Shown: positions 60,724 to 64,000 of the stretch, in pieces
How the letters are laid out: each line of letters opens with the position of its first letter
Numbering within the stretch: the stretch's first letter is position 1
Origin: Alteromonadaceae bacterium
GTDB taxonomy: Bacteria; Pseudomonadota; Gammaproteobacteria; Enterobacterales; Alteromonadaceae
Direction of reading: 5' to 3'
Length of the DNA: 64,000 bases
Assembly: GCA_013216015.1 (NCBI GenBank)
Contig: JABSOI010000019.1
Location: 42,316 to 106,315 of the forward strand
Translations under genes and position numbers: made by a program
Notes under the pieces: generated by a model
Seen by the model: the letters and a program-made list of their open reading frames with translations, nothing else
Told to the model about the DNA's origin: nothing
Databases searched by the model: none

Positions 60724-61800
60724 ATGGAAGAAAAATCACTTTCTCAATTTGACGCTCAAAGTCGTGTTGATCAAATTCAGTCATTTCAACGGGAATTTGT
60801 TGAGCTGACAAATAACGGTATTATTAATGTTCCTCAAGAACAATCAGATAATATTAGTTCATATCATACCCTGTTACTTAAAAAGCTTTCAGCAACTTAT
60901 GACGTAGACATAAACAAACAGTCTAAACAGTTAACGATAGGAATGAAAATAGCGTCATTGTTTGGTGCTTTAGCTATGGCTATCAGTATTTTCTTTTTGT
61001 TTTATCAATTTTGGGGACATATTGGTACTACGACTCAAGTGAGTATATTAATAGCTGCACCAGTTTCATTATTTTTGTTGTCACTTCATTTAGCTAAAAC
61101 AGAAAAAAATGCGTACTTTTCAAAAATAGCGGCACTAGTAAGTTTCTCCTGTTTTGTACTTAATCTTTCTATGTTAGGGGCTATTTTTAATCTCACGCCA
61201 TCACCGAATGCTCTTGTTATATGGGGTGCATTTAGTTTTATACTCGCCTACGCATGTAATGCGCGCTTAATGTTGTTTTTTGGCATAGTCAGTATTTGTT
61301 GTTTTATTGCAATGAAAGTTGGTACGTGGAGTGGAATGTATTGGATAAGTTTTGGTCAACGACCAGAGAATTTTTTCATTCCAGGCTTTATTATATTTAT
61401 GCTGCCTCAATTTATTAATCACAGACGTTACACAGGTTTCGATGTTATCTATAGAGTGATGGCGATGATAATAGTGTTTATGCCGATATTAATATTGTCT
61501 AACTGGGGGGGAATAAGTTATTTAACTTGGGCCGCAGATATTATTGAAGGCTCTTATCAGTTCATTGGATTTGTACTTTCTGTTATTGCTATTTGGCTTG
61601 GTATTAAGCTCCATTGGAGTCATGTTACTCAAACAGGTAATGTATTTTTCATTTTATTTCTTTATACAAAATTTTTCGATTGGTGGTGGGAATGGATGCC
61701 TAAATATATATTTTTCTTTATTTTGGGTTTATCAGCATTACTGGCTTTAATTGTATTTAAACGACTACGTTTAACCAATTTAAATGAAGGAAACGCATAA
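60724..61800 (+). CDS. Multi-TM membrane protein of unknown function
   Basis: Soluble N-terminal ~60 aa, then ~9 TMs. Confidence 0.5.
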   Translation: MEEKSLSQFDAQSRVDQIQSFQREFVELTNNGIINVPQEQSDNISSYHTLLLKKLSATYDVDINKQSKQLTIGMKIASLFGALAMAISIFFLFYQFWGHIGTTTQVSILIAAPVSLFLLSLHLAKTEKNAYFSKIAALVSFSCFVLNLSMLGAIFNLTPSPNALVIWGAFSFILAYACNARLMLFFGIVSICCFIAMKVGTWSGMYWISFGQRPENFFIPGFIIFMLPQFINHRRYTGFDVIYRVMAMIIVFMPILILSNWGGISYLTWAADIIEGSYQFIGFVLSVIAIWLGIKLHWSHVTQTGNVFFILFLYTKFFDWWWEWMPKYIFFFILGLSALLALIVFKRLRLTNLNEGNA

Positions 61801-62588
61801 TGAAAAAGTATTTGTATGTTGGTTTATTTATTCTCATAGGTACAAATGTAGTGGCATTAAGTGGTGTAGCGTTAAACCGGACAGGAGAGCAAACATCGCA
61901 ATTAACCTTGACCGAAAGAGAATTAGAATTGCCATATAATAGCGATGCCCAAAGTGAAAACTCAGGAATATCACTTACTATTAACTGGCGTACTTCCAGT
62001 AGATCCTATTCCTATAGTTTGAAAAATATTGAAATTTCAGAAAAAGAACTATTTGATTTGGGGTTTAGGGAGTCCAACGAAAAGAAGAAATTCAGCTCAG
62101 AGTCACGTGAACTATATTGGGCATTAGAGTTCGATGGCGAGTTACACGACGCTGAAATTAAAAAAGTAGAAACAAGCTATCAAGAAGCTCAGATCGTGTT
62201 TAATAACGACCCGAACGATGTTAATAAACGAAAAAAAGAAGAACTGAAAAATAGTCTTGCTAGAGAAAAAACAACTAGAAGCCGATTGTTTTTTATGGAA
62301 GGGGCAGTTGATTATGAAACATTAGCTGCAAAATATTCAGATCAGGATAATGTGTTAATTGTTAAAGGATTGGCAGAATCTAATTACGATAGTGATAATA
62401 AAACTTATCGTCTTTCACTTAACCAGTTATTGATATTAAATATTATGGTGCCATTGGAATATGCTGATGTATTTAAGGGTTTGAAGACCCTGGATTGGAA
62501 AACTATTTCAAAACCTCGCTATGCAGTGAATGTAAAGTGGGGCAGTCGTTTAGAGCCTTGGATTATTGATGTTCATGGGTTAAATTAA
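61800..62588 (+). CDS. Membrane-anchored/secreted hypothetical protein, coupled (ATGA) to upstream gene
   Basis: N-terminal hydrophobic helix. No recognised motif. Confidence 0.45.
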   Translation: MKKYLYVGLFILIGTNVVALSGVALNRTGEQTSQLTLTERELELPYNSDAQSENSGISLTINWRTSSRSYSYSLKNIEISEKELFDLGFRESNEKKKFSSESRELYWALEFDGELHDAEIKKVETSYQEAQIVFNNDPNDVNKRKKEELKNSLAREKTTRSRLFFMEGAVDYETLAAKYSDQDNVLIVKGLAESNYDSDNKTYRLSLNQLLILNIMVPLEYADVFKGLKTLDWKTISKPRYAVNVKWGSRLEPWIIDVHGLN

Positions 62589-62686
62589 TAATTTGATGAA
62601 ATCAGCTTCGCTACCTTAGCTTTATTTTTAGTGATATCAATTAAGAAGCTGTTTGATTAACAAACTATTTAATTCTCTTTTTATTA

Positions 62687-62777
62687 TACTTAGGGAATCC
62701 CTCTTGGAGCCCTTTATTCATAAGGGATTAAGCTATAACATATTTGCAACTGGCTAGATGGTTTGGGTTTTTGTTCT
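62687..62777. repeat. R4 element
   Basis: atacttagggaatccctcttggagccctttattcataaggg…. Confidence 0.65.
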
Positions 62778-63282
62778 AATGCTTATACATAAAGGTTTGC
62801 CGCTTTATCGTTAACTTGGGTGTCTGTTTTTTTCCTAATGAAATCAATGATTGTTGTTCAGCGACTTTTTGGTAAGGAATTACTTTGCTTGGTTACTATG
62901 ATTTTTGCACATATGAGTCAATTACTTATAATTTTAGGTCAAAGAAATTACAATGCTTGTAGGATTGCTTTTATTCACTAACCATCAATCAAAAATAGTT
63001 ATACCTAATAATTTCAAACAGGACTAAATACAGTTAGCTGCGTTTCGCTACACATTTTAGCCAACTATTACTAAGTCCATTAATTGGACGTTGGTACTAA
63101 ATTTTTGGTTGAGTAACATGATAACCATCTGGAATTGTTAGCTTTATTGTTACTTCACAAATCACTTTACATTATCATCACTTATTATAAGATACCCCCC
63201 TGTAAAATCACACTAAATAAGCAATGCTTACAGTTAGTGTAATGCTTAATTTAACACGCCAATACATAAAAAGGGTTTTCCA

Positions 63283-64000
63283 CTTGAATACACATCGTTT
63301 ACTGGGTTTGTTTTTTATATTTATTTTACTGGTTGGTTGCGGTAGAGAAGGTAATAACAGTGACGTCACTGTTATTACGACAATAAGAAATTTGGCTAAT
63401 AGCCCTCAAGTGATTTTAATCACGGCCACGCCAGGTACTGTATTAGATACCACTGCTCCAATTATCACTTTGTTGGACGACAAAATAGTTTATGTGAAAA
63501 AAGGGGCAAGCTACACCGATTTAGGTGTAACGGTGACAGACAATATTGATAATGACGTAACAGTTAAAATCAATAATGTTGTCAACACATCAGTTTTAGG
63601 CACTTATATCATCACGTATACCGCCACTGACAATGCTGGTAATACTTCTTCCGTTACAAGAACGGTTAATGTGGTGCTCTATCTAGCCATAAGCGAAGTA
63701 CCCTTTATTGATGAAAATTTTAAAATCTGTGTTCTAGCCGCTAAAGAAGAGAATGGCTGGGAACTCATCAGTGAGGTCGACGAACTTAGTTGCACTGAAA
63801 GCATTACAAATTTTTCAGGGCTAGAAAACTTAACTTCATTAACGGTGTTGTATCTTGATACAAATAATCAAATCAGTGATATTTCTGCCTTGGCTAACTT
63901 AACATCATTAACGACTTTGTATCTTGCGAGTAATCCAATCAGTGATATTTCTGCCTTGGCTAACTTAACATCATTAACGACTTTGTATCTTATTAATAAT
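63283..64000 (+). CDS. Lipoprotein with Ig-like (DUF5011-type) domain followed by leucine-rich repeats; continues beyond window
   Basis: TTG start, lipobox LLVGC. APIITLLDDKIVYVKKGASYTDLGVTVTDNIDNDVTV…. Then 21-22-aa LRRs (NLTSLTTLYLASNPISDISALA), also seen as 66-nt DNA tandem repeats. Confidence 0.6.

Noticed and set aside
1-64000. Prophage, integron, or integrase-bounded island
   Set aside because: No integrase, recombinase, phage structural genes or attC-like sites were recognised. Mobility signals are limited to the MITE-like repeats.

Overview
This 64-kb window is AT-rich, accessory-like chromosome from a marine gammaproteobacterium. The codon usage, MITE load and M1-peptidase content are reminiscent of Colwellia and other Alteromonadales, but that is inference only. 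It is dense in signal-transduction genes, several of them decayed. These are a PepSY-PhoP/PhoQ-like TCS, a LytS/LytTR TCS, a second LytTR regulator with a homopolymer frameshift, an OmpR-type regulator split by a MITE, a CheY-like single-domain RR, an RR-GGDEF, a GGDEF-EAL protein and a large MCP. Confident housekeeping calls are fadH (2,4-dienoyl-CoA reductase), rtcB (RNA ligase), a secreted pepN-like M1 aminopeptidase, an ABC ATPase, a GNAT, an MFS transporter and an AmpD-like amidase. The most unusual content is in two places. First, an NfeD(YqiJ-like)-flotillin(YqiK-like) pair lies co-oriented, 201 bp upstream of a 1762-aa single-AAA+ giant protein. Second, an ABC transporter has a permease fused to an M1 zinc-peptidase domain (1217 aa), divergent from a LytS/LytTR TCS. 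A split paralogous copy of this module (permease ORF plus M1 ORF) sits beside a LytTR gene remnant elsewhere in the window. Four families of small interspersed repeats occur (R1 to R4). R3 is a 157-bp TIR/TA-TSD MITE, one copy of which interrupts a response-regulator gene. R1/R2 are hairpin-rich elements clustered at convergent gene ends. There are several pseudogenes and frameshifts: a NYN-LOTUS gene with an in-frame TGA, a beta-lactamase-family N-terminal fragment, and FAD-monooxygenase and HATPase_c_4 fragments. No rRNA, tRNA, CRISPR or prophage genes were recognised.
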